Source: Gonapodya sp. JEL0774
Taxonomy: Eukaryota
NCBI GenBank assembly: GCA_027604505.1
Contig: JADIIX010000003.1
Location: 124,001 to 188,000 of the forward strand
DNA length: 64,000 nt
Direction of reading: 5' to 3'
In this document: positions 25,238 through 38,111 of the stretch, piece by piece
How the letters are laid out: each line of letters starts with the position of its first letter
Numbering within the stretch: position 1 is the first letter of the stretch
Made by a program: the position numbers and the translations under genes
Notes under the pieces: model-generated
Databases searched by the model: none
What the model saw: only the letters and a program-made list of their open reading frames with translations
Told to the model about the DNA's origin: nothing

Positions 25238-26912
25238 CTATTTGCCTGTTGCAAACGCCTTGAGAGCATCTGCAACCAGAAGAGTGATCATAGCGTCTAT
25301 AGTGACATTGACGAGCAATCATTAATCGAGCATTTTCACCATTATGACAAGTTCACCCAGATTGCCACTTACGAGGAGCAATGCGAACGTAGTAGGTACC
25401 GAAGCCTTTGTAGAACGCGAGGGGTCCCTCGTTGCGGATGACCTTGAGAGCGCAGTCAATGGGTCCGCTGTACGGCAGCTTGCCTGTGACGGCGTCTGGC
25501 CTCTGCTTTTGGACACGAGTCTTTACGAAGTCAAACGGAAGAGAGAAGAAGGAAGCAAAAAAGCCGGCGATTGCGGAAGCTCCGAAGTTAGCGGAGGCAC
25601 CAGGGCCGATCAAGGTGTTGAGTTGTTGCTGTGGTTCAACAAAATAGATTCTCAAATCACATTATTAAACGAATGTCTCAATATGCTCACCTTGGATTGA
25701 TCGTAGAACGTCAATTGACCAAAGTTCAAAGCCATTGCACGGACAACGGTCGGGGCAGCGCCCTTCCAAAGTGCGAGAATACCCTCCTCCCGGGTAATTC
25801 GAACAAGGGCGTCGAAAACGTTTTTGTAACCCCTCCTCTCTGCAGGGGGTAGGGTACCATCAGCTTGCATTCGAATCTACCAAAATGTTGGGAGAACGAA
25901 GTAAAAGCAGATAAATGGGCAGAAGTTTGATTCCCATAAATTCCTTCGCCAAAGAAACTCCAACGAATACTTACCAATGACAGGTCAGCCGGGTTTCCAA
26001 CGAGCGCGCCAAGACCTCCAGCGGCGAGACCTGCGAAGGCAGACTGAGCGAAAGTAGGCTTCCCTCCACCGTTCTGCGCAACGATCATGTCCTTGAACGA
26101 GTTGAAGAGACCCAATCGTGCAGTGGTGTAGGTAGCTTGGCGCAACAAACCCGCGGACAGACCACGGTAAAGGGAGAAGAACCTGAAATAGTTTGTACGA
26201 TTTGGAGACGAATGACTTCGAGAATAACAATCCCACGACTCACCCTTCCTTGGCCACAATTTGGCGGAAGAGAGCAATAGGACTGGCACTTGCGGTCTTG
26301 CTACCCTCACCCATCAGTTGAATGCGTACTTTGATCATGTCACTGGCAAGAATGTTTCCGAGGTAAGGAAGGAAAGCACAATTGCATTTCAGAGGAACTC
26401 ACATAGGTTGAATGATGGTCTATCGTCAATGTTGGCCAATGCCAGGAATAGGTGATGGTTGGAAAGGAAGGGTATCAATGGGTATGAAAAGCACGTGTTA
26501 GCGTTCAACCAAAGTGGTCAGACCAAAAACGATTACAATCTTCTCCAGGATGAATCACTAAAAAGAAAGATGGAATACGCTCTCCAACATCGAAGGATTC
26601 GGAGGCTGAAGCGATACTCTGCTCCGATTTGGCTAATGGAAAGTCCCGAGTGAACAATCCCGCGGACAGCCATCTCAGGAATGAATCACAACGAAAGGTC
26701 TCGCGAAAGAACAACAACCGCGAGTAGTTCGATGTGTGGAGCTCCTCGACCACCACCCCTCCCCCTTTCCCATCTGCCCGGAAGGAAATAAGGAGATCCT
26801 GGATGGTCCAGAAACTTCGATGGCGGGCCAACCCGGCGATGCTTACCGTCGCCGTCATCCCGCTGACTCCTCCGAAGACATAGGGCTGTACAGTTTTCCA
26901 GGTGTCACCCAT
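25238..26912 (-). CDS. Mitochondrial carrier, 2-oxoglutarate/malate or dicarboxylate/tricarboxylate type (SLC25A11-like)
   Basis: QPIDMIKVRIQ, LYRGLSAGLLRQATYTTARLG, NPADLSL.RMQADG, PTVVRAMALN, LPFDFVKTRVQKQ, YYVRIAPH. Confidence 0.93.
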
Positions 26913-27357
26913 TTTCAGCTGTTTGACTGATGAAAAGTGAGAGGTGAAGCGGGGCCATCCACCAAAGACCCGGCCGGCTGACTGCGCCACACTCGGAACC
27001 AATGATGCCTGAAAGCAATGGCATGCAGAACAAAGAGTTGCTTTCAAGAAAAAAATAAATGGGGTTGCAAGCGAGGCTCAAGGGTTTGTGAGTACTCTGG
27101 AAGCACCGGCGATCCGCGGTCCCATTCGAACCAATTCAACAAACGGGGCCGATGAATCAGACTGTGAAGAAACCTTTTTGGGCAGTTGGGAAACCTTGAA
27201 AGCTTTCCCGTGATTTTTGGTTCTCCGTGGAGCCATTATTATTATTGTCTCACTGTAGCTGGTAAACGAACGCAACCTCCCAGCACAGGGTTCACCTGTG
27301 ACCGCCCAGTGTGCCTCCATCCCCCGTTTCAGACAAACCATCGAATTCACCTTATCC

Positions 27358-29078
<1,721 letters not shown>

Positions 29079-29305
29079 TGGAACTACTAGAAGAGCAAGA
29101 GTTGAGGTATCCAAGTTGTGCAATACGTTTAGCAAGCTAGTTGTAGATTTTCTGCATGAGACTTCAAGTTTGGAATTATATTTGGAAATGCGCTGGCCAT
29201 TGCTGGTCCCTAAATTCGGATTTCCGTTTGAATTTCTCTACTTGTGCGAAAGGAGTGCAGCAACACCAGTGCAAGAGTGACGGGGTCTACACTGAACTAA
29301 GAGCG

Positions 29306-31095
29306 ATGGAAGCTCCCGACATTTCACTGCCCTTGGCGGATCCTCCTACCCCCACTTCGCCAACGAGGATCGCTGTACTTCAGGGACTGAAGTTCAAGAA
29401 ACGGAGTGATACGACTGAAACAAAGTCGGACGACGATGATGGCGATGGACCTTCTGGGAATCGATCTTCAGAAGACTCAGATGAAGATCAGGAAGTAGAT
29501 GAGAAAGATGAGAAGTCAAATGCTATGAACGGTGCAGGCAAGAAGAAGACAATGCCCAGTAAAAATGAACGCCGAGCCGCCAAGAAGAAGCGGAAAAAGG
29601 AGACAAAATTGGCGAAAAAGACGGCATCTCAACCTCCGCAGCAACCTCCGCAGCAACCTCTGTCAGCGCTTGCAGCGAGGAAAGAGAGAGAGAAGGAAGA
29701 AGTGAGTACGCATCCAAGTTGGCCCTGGAGCGTGTCCGCAATCACGCTGAATGGAAGACCAAGATCTCTTTATTTTCACGTCTTGAAGACTGTACATATC
29801 TGGAATGAGTTGTGAGATCAAGGTCGACGGGTTTCACCAGGACAATGCCAATGATCAACTGAGATTTTTAACCCCAACCGTGTCACATATGTTTGACAGG
29901 CGCGCGCAGCTGCTGCACTTGCCTCAACTATATCTCTTGCTCCAGTTGGCTCTAAGAGTGGACCCACAATTCTGGACGTTCCTCGCCGAACGCCATACGA
30001 GAACAAACCTACCACACCTGGAACGCTTTCTCCTCCTTCAGCGATTCCATCGTTGCAACCAGTCCGTCCAATCGCCCCTTCATCTGTTCCCGTGTCATCT
30101 CCAGCGGCGACAAAGGCACCGCATTCCATATTTCTTTCAGGACGTCAACCCAAGCCTCGCCCTCAACCGGCACCGGCACCTACCTTAAACCCCGGATCCG
30201 AAGCTGCACCCAGCCTCAGCAGTGGTAGCATTGACATGCCTCAATCAGTTCATGGTTCTGGAGTACCTGGAATCCCTGGAATACCTGGAATACCGGCGAT
30301 GACCGGCCAAATCGCGAACTTTGCAGGCGCTCCGTTTCCCGGGATCGGAACGTCAACTATGCATCCTCCGTTAGGATTTCCAACCCCTCCGCCAGGATTT
30401 CCCACTCCGCCGCCAGGATTCCCAATTCCACCATCCGTTTTTCCGCTCCCGCACCCAGGATATCCGCTGCCACCTCCTCCGGGTTTACCACTGCCACCGT
30501 CGTTACCACCGTTCCCGCCAAATTATGCTGGAGTGTATGCCCCACCGATGAGGCCTTCTTTGTCTGTCTCCGGCGAGGGCAATGCGGCGTTCGGGCCACC
30601 TGTTGTCTACGCAACACACATTGGTACACAGGTAGCGTCAAAAACGGCGGAAGAGAAAAGAGTTTTTATGGAAGGAAGAATAAAGAAAGGATTAGTGAAC
30701 GTGGTACGTGTAAGCGGCAAGTCAGTTTCCACCTCGGTTGGTAAAGCCATATCGTTTCCCAGGACCCCGCTTCGCTGCCCCCCGAACCTCCATTCTCATC
30801 AACTGAAACACCAACCAAAAAGCTAGTAGTGCTTTATCGGCCATGGAGCTCGCATGATGACGCGATTTTGCGCTCGGCATTGCTCGAAAATGGTGTACCC
30901 TCTCGAGGTTCAGGTCCACCAGGAGACGGATGGTTCTTTTCTGCCTTAGCGAGCTGGGATGAGGTGGCGCGAGATGTTCCTGGGAGATCGGCTGTTGAAT
31001 GTCGTTTTAGGTTCTTGACAAAAATTCGATGGCAAGGAAATCAAAATGCCATGGAAGGGGTTGAACCGGCGGATGACGCCAAGAAAGTCAAATAG
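29306..31095 (+). CDS. Lys-rich and Pro-rich protein with C-terminal Myb/SANT-like domain (3 exons)
   Basis: Basic NLS-like KKKRKK, PPPGFP repeats, C-terminal PWSSHDDAIL...WDEVARDVPGRSAVECRFRF. Confidence 0.7.
30363..30500 (+). repeat. Degenerate 21-bp coding repeat encoding PPPGFP(T/I)-like units
   Basis: PPLGFPT PPPGFPT PPPGFPI PPSVFPL PHPGYPL PPPPGLPL. Confidence 0.8.
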
Positions 31096-31596
31096 GAAGA
31101 AATGTCAATTTTGATGCTCATTACTCCTCCCCTCGTAGAAATCAGTTCCACCCGACCCTGGGGGTTGTGCGCCCATAACTTTCACGATTTCGGAAATGCT
31201 AGCAAGTGCAGGTGCAATGTCCAAGCCGCATAAGAAATGTCCACTTGCATACCATTACAATGTTGATACCTTCTCGGAGGGTATTACATTATCGAATGAG
31301 GCCTTTATATCAACCCCTCAGTCGGTTATTGTGCTTCTTCCCGCACAAAGTTCCGTTGCTGACCACTCAGAAGTTATGGCATTGCCAATATGTTATTTTG
31401 AAAGCGATTCGAAAGGGACGTTCTCGCTGCTTAATGACATATGCTGTCCTCAATTATATATTTCAACTGATCTTTCTGGCGCGGCATTGATGTCGTCTCT
31501 GACACCCGTACTAACTCTAATCTCGTTTTAGCCTTCTCCAACAACAACCGAACATTACCCCTATGCACCACATGCGACTGTAAATCCTCAGCTTTG

Positions 31597-32657
31597 TCAA
31601 TTCATTCCCAGTCCAGTAAGAGAATCTCTAACTCCCACTCTTCCATCCCTACTTGCTCGAAAAAGTGGTAATAGTCCCTCGACGTCTACTTCATCGGTAA
31701 CCAACTTGGACCGCGTGATCATTGCTGCATTTTCATCTTGTATTGTAGTTGGTGGCATTTTCTGGACTCTCCTTGAAACTCTTGCTGGTCTCTCCTGTGG
31801 AGTTTTGTCTTGTTCGATGATGTCTTTTACCCTGCATGAGAGGGCCTCCTTGATCGACTCCAATCTCGCACGTTTTGCTTCGACCATCCGACGTAACGTG
31901 TGACGTAAAGGTATGGGAGGAAGCTCCGTGATAATAGGGGCCGCATGGACATCGATCCCAGCTCGGAAGGTCGCTCTGACTCTGCCTTTCGAGAGATCTT
32001 CTGTCGCGAAGAGACCTCCCTTCACGCTTAGTCGTGCTTCACTAAGTTGTAACTCTAGATCACAAATCAAGTAGTGACGTTTCGCCTTTTCTCGCTCCAA
32101 TCCCGTTAACAGTGATGCAAACTGCCCACGGATCGCTACACAAAGTTTTGGTGTCGAAGGACGGAGATTCCCAGGAAGGACAGATGAACAGGCTTGCGAG
32201 AGATGGAACGGGGTGACGATGAGGGGTTGAGCCCAAAGCTGTTGGCAGCGGAGTGAAAAGCAACGGCAGGGAACCCGTCAAGAATCAGCATCGATGTCTC
32301 TTTAAAATTAAAACAACGTGCTTTCAACGCGAAAGGGTATCATCTACTCACCTCTTCGGACTCCGACTCGACTCCCTGCCCGTTCTCACGGGTGGATTTC
32401 GAGCTAGGCCCGACATCCGCGTCACCATGAATACGTGCCCGATGTTTTCGATCCGTCGTTTGCATTTGGCTGCAAGCAGACACCATCTTCGTTTCAACGG
32501 AGTTGTAGTCCCGCGACCAATTTTTCACGCCTGCCCGCGGTAATCTGCAGGCCATTTGCAGCCCCTGTGCAAGCAAGGACGATAATTCAATCAGGAGGGA
32601 CTGTAGTCGACGTTTGGAACTACGAACTTCAAATGATCGTTGTGAGCACCTTTGCAC
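31597..32657 (-). CDS. Hypothetical protein (fragmented ORFs, exon structure unresolved)
   Basis: Protein-like minus-strand ORFs 31597-32100 and 32340-32657 with a GTAGAT donor near 32347; no recognisable family. Confidence 0.4.
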
Positions 32658-32876
32658 GTCAGCACCGGCTGCCCCACCACTGATGCTCCCTAATCACTTG
32701 GGCGGAGAATGCTCCCTTCAACAATTGGTACACCTCAACAGCATATAAAGACGGTGCTAGGCAAGCAATCAATCTTGGATCTCATAAGCCACGGTTGCTT
32801 CACCTTCAATGGGAATCGTTTCCCCCAATTAATAGGTCTAAATAGTATTCTTGCATCGTTCTATTTACTTTTATAT

Positions 32877-33908
32877 CTACCAAGGGAAAGTCGTCCCATC
32901 GAAGCTGTAGTAAGTGCCTGTGACCTTTGGTGTGATTTCGGAAATGACCTTCAGCATTCCCAGGATGCTTTGTAGAGGTGTAATGGGTGCTTTCTCTCCA
33001 CCCATATCGGTTTGCACCCAGCCAGGGTGGATTGGGATCACTGTGAAGTTTTCTGGCTTGAGGGCCAATGCGATATTTACAGTCGCTAATTCGAGATGTG
33101 ACGTAAGTACAGAATTGAAAGCAAATACGGCAACAAAAGCGAGGAACGCACCCATGTTCAACGCAGCCTTGCTGACATTATACGACAAGGGGGATCCAGT
33201 GGTGAGCCCGATACTCCCCAGAATCGAGCTGATGTTCACAATTTTTCTCGTCTGTTTCAGGCGCAGATGTGGAAGAAAAGCCTCAGTCACCAGAACAGGG
33301 CCCACAACGTTGGTTGTAAAAGTTCCGGTGAGTTGAGCTGCAGTTGTTTCCAAGTCTTTCACGCCAGTCGACAGATTGATGCCCGCGTTGTTCTAGACCG
33401 AAAGATCAACATGCGAACTGATCACAAAACACAAGGACAGTAACATACAATAAGAATGTCGATTCCCTCCGGATACAGATTCGAGACGGTGACCGCGGCG
33501 TTCTATGAAAGGGGTTGTTGGTATCCCACCCAGAACAATCGTGCGCAAAAGCATACCTTGATGCTTGTTTCGTCATCTGCGTCCAGTTGTATGACCTACG
33601 GCATCACGGCATTGCATGTTTTGTGGAGTGTCGACGATTTGATTGACTCATACCCCTCACCGAGAGCTTCCCGGATCCCGTCTTATTCGCAGCGACAGCC
33701 TTCACGGCAGCCTCGCTCTTTTCCACATTTCTGACGGCTGCGATGATGTTGGCATCGGGATACCTACAGAGTCGCAATCCGAGATTTGTTCTTGTCAGCA
33801 CATGTTCCAACCTCAACGGACTCACTTTATCGCTATCTGCTTGACGAATTCTAGCCCGATTCCGCGTGATGCGCCGGTGATGAGAAAAGTTTCGGAGGAA
33901 AGTGGCAT
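32877..33908 (-). CDS. Short-chain dehydrogenase/reductase, C-factor (CsgA)-like
   Basis: ITGASRGIG, IDILI|NNAGI, VNISSILGS, catalytic YNVSKAALNM, IHPGWVQTDMGG. Confidence 0.93.
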
Positions 33909-34599
33909 TTCAGATGACCGCAACTGCTGCCCAAATCTACGGCACGTTGTAAAATAAGTGTCGGGATTCGGGCAGAGATCCGCTCCCAGGTTCAGGCTCG
34001 ATCTGGACGTTTCGAAACTCGCTCCTCACAAAGCACGCAACATATTTTGTATCGATGCCAAAAAATCGGCATGTAGTAAGCAAAATGACTGCATCGTTGA
34101 CGTGCACATGAAATGCTTGAGCAATTTCAAGATTCAACATGCAAGACAGACTAGGAACTGACTTCATGATATTGTGTTATTTTTACAACGTGACTGCACA
34201 AACACTCAGTCTATACACTGAAGCTGAAGCTTTCTGTCATCTTCAATCACTTAAAGTTGAAAGGATTTCGTTCTCGATCCGGTGCCAGCAATCGCTTTTA
34301 TGACTCACAGATGTGTTTACAGAGCTGCTCGTTCCTTTTCCCCACAGAAAGCTGAGCACATGGAACTGAGCTTCCTGGTTCCATGGAAATAAAGTTGCGC
34401 ATACAAGCATGAATGGTATGTGTCTATCAATTCTAAACAATACGAACGAAGCCTTGGCAAAACGTAAAACGCCAACCGGTCCTTCTCACGCAACGAAACC
34501 TTTTGACAAGGGTCTACCCTGCGTACTGTCAAAGTTCCCAAGTGAGAAAATGGTGGAGAATGATACGTTCGCGGAGGTCGCGACCTGATGTCGGGTGTT

Positions 34600-36542
34600 T
34601 CGTGCGAGTAACATGTGGAAGAAACTGTCAACTCAAGGAAGACTGGTGTTTAGAAAGCCACTCCTCCTCACCTTTCCGGCTGAATCAACTTTTGAGTCAA
34701 CTTTCACCCACTGCGTGCTCTTGCATATATCAAACGACCTGGAACAGCACCACTATCAATTACGACCCTCACTGACAAAGCCACTCGTCCGACAACTCAC
34801 ATCCACGTCAGAGCCCCATCATCAACTCCACCCTTCACCACTGTCCCGTCAGCTCCCACAGACCACCCCGTCTCCCCCCACACCCCCCCTATCACTATAC
34901 TCGCCGACCCGTCCCACCCCCACACGTCCGTCTCCAAACTCATTGACGCGCCGGCGAGGTGGCGAACAGAACTGTATGCGGGTGGATCAGGGACGTGGTG
35001 GACTACAAGAGTTTGTTGGAGCTGTGATGCGAAGTTGAGGTTGAGAGTGTGAGGGGTGTACGTAAGGGTGCCATTGAGCGACGCAGGGCGGGGAGTGGGG
35101 GGCAGGAGGATCGAAAGGGGGTTGGGTGGATAGTAGTTGATCTGAGGTGTGAGAGGAAACAAGTTGTGGGGAATGGTTTAAACGAACTCTTGATACTCAG
35201 GCCATGGTTGGGAATCCTTTCCCACTTTACCAAGGGAGACCCGTACGGCACTGCGGTCCTCGACCGAGTGTCATCCTCCTCCGGAACTGTCGTGCACTCT
35301 ACATTAAGATATGTTCCAAGAACTTTGAATCTGCTCTCTCTTGCGCATCTGCAACTCACCCTCCTCTCCCACCCTACAGGGACAGCCGCCCCAGCAACTC
35401 TTGTGGCTACCACGTAAGTTCCGCTCGCTTCCAGTTCAAACCTTTGTCCGCCCATCCCCGCTAATCCTGCCCACCCAGATGAATCAATGTTCATCGGAGC
35501 GACAGCGGTCCACATTGATAGTGAGACGTTGTAGAGGAGGAGCAGTGGGAGTGGGGAGGTAGAGGAGAGGTTGGAGGGGAAGAGTTGGAGAGTTAGGTTG
35601 AGGTAAGTTGGTGGACTTGTTAGAGTGGTAAGGTTGAAGCCAGTGGGTGGTATCTTGTGGGGGAGGGGAGGAGGAGGAGCAGAGGGTGGGGGAGAGGTTT
35701 AAACAGGGATACGGGATCAGTAACCGGTTTTCCAAAGACACTCCCCACGTTCAAGGTCATTTGTGAAGTGAAGCAAGTCGCTTCTGCCATTTCATCACAC
35801 CATTTCTCTCACCAGCCACCATTATGCACTCTATTCATCCCTAGTGATTAATTCAATCCCGCGAACGCCCACACCACTGTACTAGCGAAAACAAAATTTT
35901 TCGTACCACTCAACTCACCCCAGCTACACCTGGCGTTATTCCCTGCGAGAATGGTCGCGTTGTCACCTCAGGATCGGAAGCCGAAATATTACGGAGTACG
36001 ATGCGCAGCGAATCATAGCGGGGTTGACTACTCGTGAAAGACAAGGTGTTGGTTTCATTAGTGGTAGTGTGAAGCGAGAAAGTGATGAATCGACGAATGT
36101 TGTGTGGGGGTGGGTCAATTTGCTGCTCCCCAACCACGTCTACTCAAAGGCACGTCTGAAACGAATTCCGAGCACCACTGATTCAAACAGTGTCACATAA
36201 CCAGATTCATTTTTACCCGAATGGTGGCATCTTTGTGAGATTCGCACGTCTCCGGCAATCTACAATCTTAAAACAGAAACCCAGACACCGCTCCAATAGA
36301 TCCGTGATATCACCACCCGACTGACACACAAGACCACCGCAAGGTAAAACGCACATGTAAAGCTCGCCCAGCCCGCCGTACGCCACTGTGGTGGTCCGTC
36401 CATAAGACGCGATGAATGACAGCTGTGAGCCAGAGAACGGGATCGTTGAAGAGGGGAATGCCTCGGCAGATGGAAAAAGAACTGACGGGAATTGCAGTGC
36501 TAGATTGAGGACGAATAGGAGTACACGAATGCTGGATGACAT
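34600..36542 (-). CDS. Secreted or membrane glycoprotein of unknown function, multi-exon; 3' end approximate
   Basis: Signal peptide MSSSIRVLLFVLNLALQFPSVLFPSAEA; successive minus-strand exons bounded by GT/AG; many NxS/T sequons (NET, NIS, NLT, NVS, NGT). Confidence 0.55.
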
Positions 36543-38111
36543 GGCGCAGGTGTCAGATGAGTGATGCTGTGGTCACGGCGATCGTGTTCGGTAATGTACA
36601 GAAACCTCCAAAATTCCATTTATGATTTGCGTTAAATTGTGAGTTCAGTGAATTTGCTTAGACGTGGGGACCGGGCAGAGAGCGGTTCGATATTATTATT
36701 TGGAGTGAATGCCAAACGGTGAAAATTTAGCATTCGACACTTCCGGATGCGAAATCCAATTTATTTTCTTAGGCAGAAAGCATCGGTGATTCTTCCAAGT
36801 CGACTTGGCCATGACTCGTGGCAGCGGTATGACATCCCGAGGGATGAATGACCCAACAGAGTTTATTCGTATTTTCCGGACCCCGAGACGTCCCTCCACA
36901 TAATCATCTCGTTGAGCTTGTAATATCGTCGTATCTAGCGGAGAGCACGCAGATTCGCAGATTTGCTGGGGTATGAAATTCAGGAGCTCCTGTGCCACTT
37001 CTCTGACTGGTGACCAATTTTCACCCGACGTCGTGCACACAGCATTGGAAAGAAAATTCGAGTTGAGGTTCCATATTGCTGTTGACACTCGGACGATTGC
37101 CAGGCTGAAGAGTCATTAGTGTCTGGACTCCCTCGGTTTGGAAACGCAATCTCTCTGTGCAGACTGTGAACCGTTGAGCTCTGACGAACAAGCGAAGGTT
37201 TACGGGACGACTGCACGGGGAACCAAAACAAACTTAGATTTCAAAAGAACGGAATATTCTACACTGATTGGGAGATTGGTGCAGATTCGGGTGAGTATGA
37301 AGGGGCAAAAGTGTGGGGTTAGTCGGTGCTCCATAGGGATGGACTGGTGCATGCAGTTGGGGCAATGGCAAGCACCTGGCATGGATTGCGCTGGATTCAG
37401 ATGGCAAATTTGAACTTGAGCTGATGTTGGAACCCTCGTTGCTACCACGAGCTGCTCCACTGCATGTGTGCCTAGTGGTGGAGATATCGGTTCCGTTTCT
37501 TCTTGGTCCCGCTGCTTCCCAAGACTACCCTCCCGGAGTTCTTCCCAGAACCCCGTGCGACCAAGATGGTGTCTACGGACCTATCAGTGCCACTCTGCGG
37601 CTGGTGATGGAGGGGGGAGGGGGTCAGGATGTGTCAGCGTGCGGGCCGCCGGCCATCCGAGACGGACATATTGCCTTCTGCTTCCCCCTCTCGACGACAT
37701 GGAGTGAAGTACACACTTTGCTGCAGCTCCTTGCTTGCGGTGCCCTACACACCGGGACTAGGGGGCGGTGACGACAGGTGGACAACTTGCTGAGGGCACA
37801 TAGTTCCCCATGGCGTTCTCGTCGGCCCCTCATCCGCACAACGTAAATGAACGAAGAACACGCCGTGTGCTAGTCACTCGCTCTGCGGATCTTGAGACAG
37901 CTCGGTACAGATGCTCGGGGATTGGAGAGATTCGAACATGCACTTTTACGCGCCATAATGCACACACCCTCCCTCTTCCCCTGTTACTTACCTTCCCATC
38001 GTTTTGAAACACGCTATTGCAATCATCTTCGTCTCTAACACCAAATTTCCGCTGTTCTCCAACGTATCTCCAGCCTTCCTCCGCCCCCACACCCCTTCCC
38101 CCTCCCCCACC

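Noticed and set aside
26630..26750. RNase P/MRP RNA suggested by GGAAAGTCCC
   Set aside because: It is antisense within an intron and has no convincing 3' CR-V/P4 partner.
35655..35712. U12-type intron (GTATCC donor)
   Set aside because: The donor GTATCCCT deviates from GTATCCTT, and no TCCTTAAC branch site is present.
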